A stretch of DNA of 32,000 bases from Candidatus Saccharimonadota bacterium (GTDB lineage: Bacteria > Patescibacteriota > Gracilibacteria > UBA4473), in the NCBI GenBank assembly GCA_020632335.1, contig JACKFV010000001.1:300001-332000 (forward strand). The letters are read 5' to 3'. The position numbers were made by a program, and so were the translations under genes. A model generated the notes under the pieces. The model searched no databases. It was given only the letters and a program-made list of their open reading frames with translations, and was not told the DNA's origin. Shown here in pieces: positions 23,539 through 32,000 of the stretch (its first letter is position 1; each line of letters starts with the position of its first letter).

Positions 23539-23667
23539 GCGGAATCACTCGGAAGCAAGATCAGCACCCCCGCCTCCCACACACAGCACCCTCAGACACT
23601 CCAGAGGAGAGAGCCATTCACGGCGTCTCCCCTCCTATAAGTAGTGTCTCCCATAGGAGCACCTGGG

Positions 23668-24813
23668 TTACTTTTTCGCTCCCTCCAGCACGGCATTGGC
23701 CGCGGCCAGGGCAGCCTGCAGTGTGGCGTCTTCGGCACTTTTCTCGCTGGCGGCAGCGGCCTCATCGGCACTCACGCGTTCCAGCTCCAGCCGGCGGCTC
23801 TCGGTATTGATGGCCAGCACCTTAGCAAAGACCTCCTGGCCCTCTCGTAGACGCAGGTCCTGGTGGTCCTCTACCCCAAAGTCACTGAGTGGAATCAGCC
23901 CCTGGACGTTCTCGTCTACCTGGACGAAGACGCCGTTTTCATTCCAACGGGTGATCTCCGCCGTTACGATCTGCCCCACGTTATACGGCTCGATGTGCTG
24001 CAGCCACGGGTCGTGCTGCGTGCGCTTCATCGAGAAACTCAGCTTATCTCCGTCCATACCGATCACCTGCACCTCTACGCTATCACCCATATGGAAGAGT
24101 TTTTGTGGGTCACCCACATGGTCCCAGCTGATCTCGCTCAGGTGCACCAGCCCCTCCACGCCCTCATGCTCCACAAAGACCCCGTACTTCACAATGCCGC
24201 TGATCTCTCCGCGCACTACGTCTCCCACGCTCAGGCGCTCGAGGGTTTTCTTGGCGCGGTCAGCGTAGGCGGCCTTCTCAGAGATGATGATCTTGTCCCG
24301 CTCGCGGTCGACGTTAATCACTCGTACGGCGAATTCTTGGCCCATGAATTCCTCCAGCTTGGACTGGATCGCCGCCCCATTAGCAGAGCCCAGGCGCGGG
24401 TAATGCGCGGGCGTCAGCTGGCTCACGGGCAGGAACATCCTCAGGCCCTTGTACTTGGCCATGAGACCGCCCTTATTCGCCTCGTAAAACTTGGCCTTGA
24501 AGATGACCTCGTCCTCCATCATGCGGTGGAGTTCAGACCAGGCCTTGTCTTGGCTTGCACGGCGCAGGCTCAGCACCACTAGGCCGTTCTCGTCCTCCTC
24601 ATTAATGATGGCCGCCTCTACCTCTTGCCCGGGCTCAAAGCTCTCGCCATCGTCGTAGGCTGAGCGTTCTTTCTTGGTAATAATGCCCGTGACCCCACCA
24701 GGGAGGCTGAGAAGAATACGCGAGGAGGTAGCGTCGATCACCGTACCGGTGACGTTGGTACCGGGTTTATAGAGGACCACGCCCGTAGCGTAGGAAGGAA
24801 GCGAAGACGACAT
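23668..24813 (-). CDS. rpsA: 30S ribosomal protein S1 (four S1/OB repeats)
   Basis: Repeated S1-domain pattern: GTVIDATSSRILLSLPGGVTGII, FAVRVINVDRERDKIIIS, GEISGIVKYGVFVEHEGVEGLVHLSEISW and VTAEITRWNENGVFVQVDENVQGLIPLSD. Confidence 0.88.
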   Translation of the reverse strand: MSSSLPSYATGVVLYKPGTNVTGTVIDATSSRILLSLPGGVTGIITKKERSAYDDGESFEPGQEVEAAIINEEDENGLVVLSLRRASQDKAWSELHRMMEDEVIFKAKFYEANKGGLMAKYKGLRMFLPVSQLTPAHYPRLGSANGAAIQSKLEEFMGQEFAVRVINVDRERDKIIISEKAAYADRAKKTLERLSVGDVVRGEISGIVKYGVFVEHEGVEGLVHLSEISWDHVGDPQKLFHMGDSVEVQVIGMDGDKLSFSMKRTQHDPWLQHIEPYNVGQIVTAEITRWNENGVFVQVDENVQGLIPLSDFGVEDHQDLRLREGQEVFAKVLAINTESRRLELERVSADEAAAASEKSAEDATLQAALAAANAVLEGAKK

Positions 24814-24914
24814 GTGCAGGGGGGTTAAGAAGTAAATGCAGAGGCCTCATCAGCGGAGCTGCACTGCCCGCGGTAGCCGCGAAGCACTCCAGCGCGAGAC
24901 GCTCAACGTGCCAG

Positions 24915-24942
24915 ATTCTAGAATATTTCTCCCTTTTGTAAA
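24915..24942 (-). promoter_or_regulatory. candidate promoter for rpsA (and the downstream rplP-rpmC-rpsQ-rnpA-rpmG genes)
   Basis: Minus strand: TTTACA (24942-24937), a 16-nt spacer, then TAGAAT (24920-24915). This would leave a leader of about 95 nt before the rpsA ATG. Confidence 0.4.
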
Positions 24943-24956
24943 GCGAAAAGGAGTCA

Positions 24957-25640
24957 TTAGACCGGATGCCAGCCCGGTGGAGCTACCAGCACCACAAACT
25001 CTCCGCGGGTATTCTCGGCCGTGAAGTGCTCTATAGCTGCCGCCACACTGCCACGGAAGACCTCCTCATGGAGCTTGGTCAGCTCTCGCCCTACTACCAG
25101 GTAGCGCTGGGGGCCCAGGTGCTGCTGGAGCTCGGTCAGCAAGCGCGGGAAGCGATGCACCGACTCGTAGAATACCTGGCTATGGGGCGCCGTTACCAGC
25201 CCCTGCAGGAGCGTCTGGCGGCCCTTCTTATGCGGGAGGAAGCCGTGGAAGGTCACGGTATTCACCGGCACCCCGGCGGTACTCAGCAGCGCCGTGAGGG
25301 CACTGGGGCCCGGTAGAGGCAGCACGGTATAGCCGCGGTCCAGTGCCGCGCGCACCAGGCGGTAGCCCGGGTCACTCACACCGGGGGTGCCACTGTCGCT
25401 CACATAGCAGACCGTCTCGCAGTCGTCCATAGCGTCCAGCAGGCGGCTGAGCTCCGCGGGGCTGCTCTGCGCGTGGAAGCTCCGCCGGAGGGTGGAGATC
25501 GCATACAGCTCGCAGAGGCGCGCCGTATGGCGGGTATCCTCACACACCAGCAGGTCACAGCGTTGGAGCGTCTCTACCGCGCGGTAGGTGATGTCTCCGC
25601 GGTTACCGATGGGGGTCGCGACCATATACAGCACGGGCAT
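24957..25640 (-). CDS. rsmI: 16S rRNA (cytidine1402-2'-O)-methyltransferase
   Basis: LYMVATPIGNRGDITYRAVETLQRCDLLVCEDTRHTARLCELY (tetrapyrrole-methylase fold, RsmI signature), then VSDSGTPGVSDPG and ELTKLHEE. Confidence 0.88.
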   Translation of the reverse strand: MPVLYMVATPIGNRGDITYRAVETLQRCDLLVCEDTRHTARLCELYAISTLRRSFHAQSSPAELSRLLDAMDDCETVCYVSDSGTPGVSDPGYRLVRAALDRGYTVLPLPGPSALTALLSTAGVPVNTVTFHGFLPHKKGRQTLLQGLVTAPHSQVFYESVHRFPRLLTELQQHLGPQRYLVVGRELTKLHEEVFRGSVAAAIEHFTAENTRGEFVVLVAPPGWHPV

Positions 25641-25721
25641 GGGGCTACTCTACACGGTATTTCGCGGTTGTGAAGGGGGCAGCAGTTGTGCTATAGTGGA
25701 GAGATTGCTATCGTTCTCTCC

Positions 25722-27515
25722 ATGCCCCTTACCCCTGAGCCGCGTACGTGGGAGGAGAGATTCAACGATTTTTTCTCGTGGATAGCGGTGATGCCCCTCA
25801 GTAGTGATGAGAAAGAGGCTACCAGTAAGAAGATCATTGCAGACGTACAGACGGGCACCCTGTACTGGAGTGAGCTGAGCCTGAGCGTGCTCATCGCTAC
25901 CTTTGGGCTGCTGCAAAACAGCGTAGCGGTCATCATCGGGGCTATGCTCATCGCGCCCCTGCTGCGGCCGATCTATGCGGTGGCCTTCAGCATGAGTACG
26001 GGCCACATGCGTTTCTTTCGCGAGGCGTTCTTGCTGCTCTTTAACAGCATGGTACTGGCGATTTTCCTCAGTGCGGTGGCGGCCTATATCATCCCGCTGA
26101 AGGTAGAAACCAGCGAGATTCTCAGCCGCACTACCCCGAATCTGCTGGATTTCTTTGTGGCGATTACCTCGGCTGTCATTGCGTTTATGTCGCTCAAGTT
26201 CCGCCACCTGGCTGATAGCGTCGCGGGGGTGGCCATTGCGGCCGCGCTGGTGCCGCCGCTGGGAGTGGTAGGGATAGAGCTCTCGCTGGGCGATTACACC
26301 GCGGCATGGGGGGCGCTGCTGCTCTTTCTTACCAACATTGTGAGTATCGTCATCGTGGGGGTGGTGCTCTTCTATATGTTCGGGTTTTCTCCTCACCAGG
26401 GCAAACAACAGCGCAGTGCCGTGCGCAGCGTGGTGGTGCTCTGCACGGTGGTGGGGATGCTCTGTGTGCCCCTGGCCACCAGCCTGATGCAGATATCCCA
26501 TAAGGTACGTTTGCAGGCCGAGGCCAAGCAATTGCTGAGCCAAACACTCTTCCAGTACGCGCCGGAGGCGTCGCTCTCTAGCCTGCAGGTCAGCGGTCTG
26601 ACGGCCCACAGCGCGGTGCTCACGGGTACGGTGAAACTGCCCGAATCTACCCAGCTCTACCGCGAGACGCAGGAACAGATCACCAAGACCATGGCGTCGC
26701 TGCTGGAGCGGGATATAGACCTCCAGCTGGAGGTGCTGCGTACCGCGAGTATTGTCTCGGCGGAGCAGCAGCCCACTACCGAAGACCGCCTCCATAGCCT
26801 CACGCACGCGCAGCTCCGGGAGCAGATGCCGGGCGCAACCATCTTCACCATAGAGCCCGAGCAGCTCTCAGCGGGGTCCTATGGCGTCAAGGTGGCCTTT
26901 ACTCCGGCGCTGGGGGAGCCCTTCACGGGGCAGCTCCAGCAGCAGATAGAGCAGGCTATAGACCAGCAATTCCCCGAGCAAGAGGTGATCTTCTTCTGGG
27001 TGGAACTCCCGCAGCAGCAGCCCCAGACCCTCCCTAATGAGGAAGAACGGCTGCGACGGTCGCTCCTGCTGGGGTGGGAGATCTTCCTCAAGGACACCCT
27101 GCCCGAGGGCGCCAGCGTGCAGCAGACCGCTCTGCAGTGGACCGCCACCACCGAGATGGCCCTGCCGGTGGAGTATGTGCTGTGTGAGCCCTACCCCGAG
27201 TACCGGCTCTGTACACCGGGGATGCCGGACCCCGAGCATGCCTATGACCCCCAGTACACCGTGGTAAAGCCCATCACCCTAAAGGAGCGCCTCATGAGCC
27301 GCCACTACACCGCCGAGGTCTGGCTGCCCAGCGGAAGCAGTACGGAGGGGATCCGCCAGGCGCTGCGAGACTTTGAGGCTCAGCAGGGCCACAATACTAC
27401 CGCAACACTGCAGCTCTTCTCCTACCAGACGGTGTCTAGCCCCACAGATGCACCGCTCCCAGCGTCACCCCAGCCACCAGCAGCGCCGCCCCTGCCAGCC
27501 CCGCCGCAAGGATGA
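25722..27515 (+). CDS. DUF389-family integral membrane protein with a long soluble C-terminal extension
   Basis: The N-terminal ~270 aa are multi-TM, with IIGAMLIAPLLRPIYAVAF and AAALVPPLGVVGIEL, which is the DUF389 pattern. About 330 further residues have no motif I recognise and end in the Pro-rich PLPASPQPPAAPPLPAPPQG. The first ATG is at 25722; the track ORF starts at TTG 25686. Confidence 0.65.
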   Translation: MPLTPEPRTWEERFNDFFSWIAVMPLSSDEKEATSKKIIADVQTGTLYWSELSLSVLIATFGLLQNSVAVIIGAMLIAPLLRPIYAVAFSMSTGHMRFFREAFLLLFNSMVLAIFLSAVAAYIIPLKVETSEILSRTTPNLLDFFVAITSAVIAFMSLKFRHLADSVAGVAIAAALVPPLGVVGIELSLGDYTAAWGALLLFLTNIVSIVIVGVVLFYMFGFSPHQGKQQRSAVRSVVVLCTVVGMLCVPLATSLMQISHKVRLQAEAKQLLSQTLFQYAPEASLSSLQVSGLTAHSAVLTGTVKLPESTQLYRETQEQITKTMASLLERDIDLQLEVLRTASIVSAEQQPTTEDRLHSLTHAQLREQMPGATIFTIEPEQLSAGSYGVKVAFTPALGEPFTGQLQQQIEQAIDQQFPEQEVIFFWVELPQQQPQTLPNEEERLRRSLLLGWEIFLKDTLPEGASVQQTALQWTATTEMALPVEYVLCEPYPEYRLCTPGMPDPEHAYDPQYTVVKPITLKERLMSRHYTAEVWLPSGSSTEGIRQALRDFEAQQGHNTTATLQLFSYQTVSSPTDAPLPASPQPPAAPPLPAPPQG

Positions 27516-27939
27516 ATACCGTGTCCCGCAGCGGTACGCCGAAGAGATAGGCAATGAGCGCACCCGTCCAGCCACCACTACCCGGGAGCGGCACCACGAT
27601 GAAGAGGAAGAGCCCCAGGTACCCCAGGCGTTTCATCCGGCGGGAACTCTGCTGTCGCGTACGGGTAAATACCCGCTCGCAGAGCCGGTCAAACCACCCC
27701 CAATGCCGGCGCACCCGTGGCACCCCATAGCGGAGCAAAAGCCACACCAGCGTGCAGGAGAGGAGATTCCCGGCCCACGCCGTGAGGATAATCTCCCACG
27801 CGGGCAGATCAAAGCGAAGCAGCCCATACGGCAACGCGAGCCGGAGCTCCACCAGCGGTAGGCACGAGAGTAGCCCCACCTGCACCAGCGGTGGCCAGAC
27901 CGTGAACCATCCCGTAAGCGTGGCCAAGAGGGATCCCAT
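27436..27939 (-). CDS. small multidrug-export-like membrane protein (COG2426 / Sm_multidrug_ex family)
   Basis: LPLVELRLALPYGL and FIVVPLPGSGGWTGALIAYLFGVP match the family's two conserved blocks. 167 aa with 4-5 TM segments. Confidence 0.7.
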   Translation of the reverse strand: MGSLLATLTGWFTVWPPLVQVGLLSCLPLVELRLALPYGLLRFDLPAWEIILTAWAGNLLSCTLVWLLLRYGVPRVRRHWGWFDRLCERVFTRTRQQSSRRMKRLGYLGLFLFIVVPLPGSGGWTGALIAYLFGVPLRDTVFILAAGLAGAALLVAGVTLGAVHLWG

Positions 27940-28057
27940 CAGCGCAGTGTACCGCGTTAGGGTAGTGCGGAGAGAGCGGCTGTCTAGTGGTATACCGGAG
28001 AGTTGAGAGGCCTCCTCACCGCTGAGCAGACCTCCTTATCTTCATTACCAGTACCCC

Positions 28058-31000
28058 CTAGCGGCTACAACTGGCCACCGGCAGTCCCGCCTCACGGAGG
28101 ATCCAGCCCTCTGACGTCGGCTCATACTGCACCCCAGGCGCTTGCCATACGGGGGTAGGGCGAGCGTCCAGCACTGCCAGTGGTGTCTCCTCCCGCAGCA
28201 ATGCGCTGTAGTCTGTGCTGTCTTGCGTGAAGGGAGAGAGAGTCAGCGCGTCCTCTGTGAGGGTGAGCGTGCAGGCGTCTGCGGCCGTCATGGCAGCCAT
28301 AGGGGCCTCTGTGGTGGGGGTATTCCCGCTATCTCCGGCACACTCGGGGGCATCATCTGCGCAGCCACGGAGCGTCCAGAAGCCGTCCTGGTCTGTCGGT
28401 ATCGCCGCGATGATCTCTCGCACACCGTCACGATCGCGCTCTATATAGACGGTTTTGCCGGCTACCTGGGGGTCGATCTTCCCGCGTAGGCGCCGCTCCC
28501 GCACTGAGGCGTCCAGCAGCTGCACCACGGGGGGCTTCACGCTGAACTCCAGCAGCAGGCTGCTGCGCATACCATCGTCGTCTTCTACCGTCACTCGCAC
28601 CACAAAGTTACTCGTAAACTGCTCCTCCAGGGTGTAGCTCAGCAGCTGCTTGACCTCGGTTATCTCGGCCATATCAGCCTCAAGGGGGTAGTCGATGATG
28701 CCATCGTCAAAGATGTCATACCACACGCCGGTTATCTGCCCGTCGTCACTGGAGGCCTGGAGGTCTATGGTAATGGGTCGTGTGGGGTCCACCAGGCGCT
28801 GCTGCCCCCCAGCCACCAGGAGCTCTGGCGGGGTGTGCTGGCGCACGGGCGTCTGCAGCATGACCGGGCTGAGGGCACTGGGGGTGAAGTCCCGACCCCG
28901 CTGGTAGAGCGCATAGACCGTGCCCCAGAGGTCTTTCCGCACCATTTCTCGGCGGAAGTCCAGCACGTGGTCCTCTAGCTGGAAGCGACTGAGCGAGTAC
29001 TGCGTATGCGGGTAGAGCATGATGGGCAGCCCGCGGAGGGTCTGGGAGAGCAGCAGTGTGGGGCCATCAGCGTCGATCTCTATCCAGCTGCCGGAGGCAA
29101 AGTAGAGCGTCTCCTTTAGCGGTGCGGCCACAATGGGCGCGTTGGGGCGGTAGTGGCTGAGCAGCCCGTCCTCCACGCAGAGCTTGCCGTGGGGTATCTG
29201 CATTTCCTCCCCCCGGTGGAGCGTGAAGGACCGTATCTCTATACGCTCGGTGGGGGTGACGGCCTCACGGGGCAGGGGGTTGCGTACGGTGAAGCGGGTG
29301 GTGTCCGCCTCGCCCACCAGCACGGCGTCCGTCGCGGCCAGGTAGAGCGCATTGTCGGCGTCGGCCGCGTTGCAGTCCTCGTAGAGTGCGTGATCATAAG
29401 GCGGCACGGCGGTATGCTCGGGCGCGAAGATCCGCACGCTGCTGAGTGAAGCCGTGTCTTCTGGGAGGCCATCCAGCTGCAGTGCCAGTGGCCTCGGGGT
29501 GTAGTAGTCCATCGGCAGTACCTCGATGAAGCCATGGCGGTACCAGTCGGTGAAGGAGCGTCCGCTGTAGGGGGCTTCCAGCTGCGCGCGGGTGTCGATG
29601 CGGTCGCTCACGTTCCACTCGTAGTAAGGGATAGCCGTGCGAAGTGTGTCGTAACGGGTGATCTGCACGCCGGCGGTACTGCCGTCCTCTATTGGCTCGA
29701 TACGCTCGGCGATGGGCCCAAGGCTATGGAAGTCCTCCCACGAGAGGGGCACCACCGGCCCCGAGGCTCCTGGAATACTACGCGGTTTGCGGTACTCCAG
29801 GTACACACGGTTGCCCTGGCTATAGAGGATTTCCTTGGTGCCGTCGCCATCTATATCCGCAAACTGGTAGCGGTAGCGGCCGGTGGGGGTTTGCTCGCTC
29901 AGGCGCTGCACGGCGTTCTCCGTCCAGTAGATACCGGTAGGAATGGGCACGGTGGACTCGCTGCCCACGGCCTCCGTATAGATGGCGGTGCTGGCCGTCC
30001 AGGTCTCGGGGGCGTAGCGGGTATTCTCGGTGACGTAGTTGGCGTCTGGGTCACCCTCCAGCACGAGGTCTTGCAGTGTCTGCCGCACCAAAGCCGTCAC
30101 CACGGTGGGGTCCAGGGGGGGCTCGGGAGCGTCGTGCAGTGGGAGGCGCGGCGTGTAGGGGTCGCCATTCAGGCCCGCTATACCAGTAGTCCGGAAGGTA
30201 AGACGGTATCCCGGCACGGCCGTAGCGGTAGGCACGGTGAAGTCTGGGAGCTCATTCTCACAGGCATCGGTGAGGGGGTCACCGTTCTCCGCCGCGTGGA
30301 TCTCAGCCATGTTACAGCGCATGTCGGTCTGCAGCTGGCGGGTCTGCTCGGTCAGGCCTTCCAGCCCCTGCAAGCTCTGCCCGTCCACCTCTATGACCTC
30401 GGTATCGTGGGGTTTCTCCACCACCGGCGCTGAGGACTGGTCACGCGGCAGGCGCTGGGTGCGGTTGAACCGCAGCTGGTTGGCCCCCGTCAGCGCGGCC
30501 TCTTGCGGGGGCAGCACGTTCTTCTTGAGGAGATTGATAACCTTCAGCAGTACCTTCACGGTACTCAGCACAGTGCGCAGTTGCTGCTTAACCTGCGGGA
30601 TGTCCGGCGCAACGCCTATTTCTGGCAAGGACGCGATGGGGAAGGAGAAGGTCTCGGGCACGGTGATGGCCAGATACTTTGGCTCTGGGAGGAGCGTCAT
30701 GGGCTGGAAGGGCGGTACGGGTGCGGTAGCTGGCAGCTGCGCGGGGGTATAGGGCTGCTGCAACTCCTCGGGGGTATCCAGCGTGGACTCGTAGGCGCTC
30801 ATGCCGAGGGACGCATCGGGGAGGGTAAAGTCGCTCAGCTGGGGGATAACCGGGATAGAACTCTGCTGCGGCAGCAGCTGCATCTGCGGCAGGGGGAGGT
30901 TCTGCGAAGCGCTGACGCCGCTAAACGACACCGAGAGGTCGGTGAAGTCCGGGAGGCTGATGTCGGGGAACTGGACGTTCTTCAACACCATTTTGGTCAG

Positions 31001-31975
31001 CAGCTGGATGATCTGCCCGCGCTCCATATTCCCGGTATGGAACTGCTCGCTCATACCGTCGAACATGCTGAAGATATCGGCGTACTGGCTCACCACCTGC
31101 TGGAAGGCCCCGGTGGCCTCCTCGTGCTCGGTCAGGCGCTGGCGCTGCGCGTTGCCCCAGTCGTTCAGCGTGCCCTGCAGCGCCTCCAGGCCCTCGGTGA
31201 TCTTCTCGGGCACGGTGGAGAGCTGCTGCTGCACGGTGAGCAGCTGCTGCTTCTGCGCGTCATAGCCCTGCAGGCGGCTGTCTTGCTGGCTCAGCTCATC
31301 GCGGCGCTCGGCGGTCTTCTCGAGGAAGTCCTGGGTCTGGTTCTCTATGGTGGTGGCGCGCGTCTCATACTCGGCCGCAAAGGCAGGGTCAGCGTAGGGT
31401 TTTTGCTTATAAATGGCAATTTCGTCCCGCCACTGGCGCTTGAACCGCTCTAGCTCTTGCCGGTGCTGCGGCTCCCAGCTATCCAGCGCCTGCAGGTAGT
31501 CCTCGCGCTGGTGGTCCCATTCCTCCAGCGTGGCGGGGCTGAAGACGGGATAGGGCACCTGCACGGGCTCCTCGGCGGTATTGGCCAGGGGGTGGTCATT
31601 CAGGTTGCTCAGCTCGTCCTGGCTCTCTTGCCGACTACTGCTGGGGCTAAGGCCCTCTACCACCGGCAGCGTAGCCTTGACATCTGGCACGTTGACCGCG
31701 CTGAGGTCCCGCCCAGACTCGCCCATGAAGTCGGTCAGCGGGTCGCTCTGCTTCTGCCGCGCGCCCAGGTGTACGTCTCCCGCGCCGCTCTTGCTGAGGA
31801 AATCATTACTGCTGAGCGCGTCGGCCAGTGGGATGTCGACGCTCGGGGGGCAGAGCCCTGGCAGCTGCACCTGCAGCCCCATATACAGGCACTGGGGCTT
31901 GATCATCAGCGGCTCTAGCGCTCCATAGTTCATCAGGCAGGCGGCCATACCTACATTCCCCGAGCTAGTAGGCAT
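28058..31975 (-). CDS. giant (at least 1305 aa) probable extracellular or surface protein; the 5' end may lie outside the window
   Basis: Single uninterrupted ORF. It contains a Q/E/R-rich coiled-coil-like stretch (about 31075-31525), the FG-GAP/VCBS-like motif FADIDGDGTKEILY (29822-29863), and a PKD-like segment (about 28530-28760). That segment reads GVWYDIFDDGIIDY...VVRVTVEDDDGMRS. There is no signal peptide at the first Met. The frame stays open for the 8 codons upstream to position 31999. Confidence 0.6.
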   Translation of the reverse strand: MPTSSGNVGMAACLMNYGALEPLMIKPQCLYMGLQVQLPGLCPPSVDIPLADALSSNDFLSKSGAGDVHLGARQKQSDPLTDFMGESGRDLSAVNVPDVKATLPVVEGLSPSSSRQESQDELSNLNDHPLANTAEEPVQVPYPVFSPATLEEWDHQREDYLQALDSWEPQHRQELERFKRQWRDEIAIYKQKPYADPAFAAEYETRATTIENQTQDFLEKTAERRDELSQQDSRLQGYDAQKQQLLTVQQQLSTVPEKITEGLEALQGTLNDWGNAQRQRLTEHEEATGAFQQVVSQYADIFSMFDGMSEQFHTGNMERGQIIQLLTKMVLKNVQFPDISLPDFTDLSVSFSGVSASQNLPLPQMQLLPQQSSIPVIPQLSDFTLPDASLGMSAYESTLDTPEELQQPYTPAQLPATAPVPPFQPMTLLPEPKYLAITVPETFSFPIASLPEIGVAPDIPQVKQQLRTVLSTVKVLLKVINLLKKNVLPPQEAALTGANQLRFNRTQRLPRDQSSAPVVEKPHDTEVIEVDGQSLQGLEGLTEQTRQLQTDMRCNMAEIHAAENGDPLTDACENELPDFTVPTATAVPGYRLTFRTTGIAGLNGDPYTPRLPLHDAPEPPLDPTVVTALVRQTLQDLVLEGDPDANYVTENTRYAPETWTASTAIYTEAVGSESTVPIPTGIYWTENAVQRLSEQTPTGRYRYQFADIDGDGTKEILYSQGNRVYLEYRKPRSIPGASGPVVPLSWEDFHSLGPIAERIEPIEDGSTAGVQITRYDTLRTAIPYYEWNVSDRIDTRAQLEAPYSGRSFTDWYRHGFIEVLPMDYYTPRPLALQLDGLPEDTASLSSVRIFAPEHTAVPPYDHALYEDCNAADADNALYLAATDAVLVGEADTTRFTVRNPLPREAVTPTERIEIRSFTLHRGEEMQIPHGKLCVEDGLLSHYRPNAPIVAAPLKETLYFASGSWIEIDADGPTLLLSQTLRGLPIMLYPHTQYSLSRFQLEDHVLDFRREMVRKDLWGTVYALYQRGRDFTPSALSPVMLQTPVRQHTPPELLVAGGQQRLVDPTRPITIDLQASSDDGQITGVWYDIFDDGIIDYPLEADMAEITEVKQLLSYTLEEQFTSNFVVRVTVEDDDGMRSSLLLEFSVKPPVVQLLDASVRERRLRGKIDPQVAGKTVYIERDRDGVREIIAAIPTDQDGFWTLRGCADDAPECAGDSGNTPTTEAPMAAMTAADACTLTLTEDALTLSPFTQDSTDYSALLREETPLAVLDARPTPVWQAPGVQYEPTSEGWILREAGLPVASCSR

Positions 31976-32000
31976 GACGTAGGCACGGAAGGTGGAGGTC

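Overview
High-GC bacterial chromosomal window. My hand counts of sample 100-nt stretches give about 62-64% GC in the backbone. It is densely packed with housekeeping genes: ruvB, hisS, a tyrA-like gene, ileS, ung, glmS, rsmI, rpsA, two tRNA-Leu genes and two separated pieces of the S10 ribosomal-protein cluster. Envelope genes are mixed in: two SLH-domain proteins, lepB, a small pilin-like membrane protein and a giant surface-type ORF that is open to the right edge. The SLH proteins, the pilin-like gene and Shine-Dalgarno-poor starts suggest an S-layer-bearing, possibly CPR/Patescibacteria-like lineage. That lineage call is inference only. Five things stand out. (1) The isoleucyl-tRNA synthetase carries a complete histidine-phosphatase (PGAM-type RHG) domain of about 175 aa, inserted in-frame between its catalytic and anticodon-binding parts. 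(2) A roughly 650-bp islet of about 30% GC holds a single gene with a canonical HEPN Rx4H motif. (3) One membrane protein joins an S1-S4 voltage-sensor-like domain to a bacterial PH (DUF304) module and has no pore. (4) The normally invariant S10 operon is broken after rpsC. rplP-rpmC-rpsQ now sits about 3.8 kb upstream behind rpsA and is coupled to rnpA-rpmG. (5) glmS (about 48% GC, the only clear SD in the window) fills the break point next to a tRNA-Leu. No CRISPR array, transposase, integrase or rRNA gene was seen. All domain calls come from motif reading by eye, and no database search was possible.
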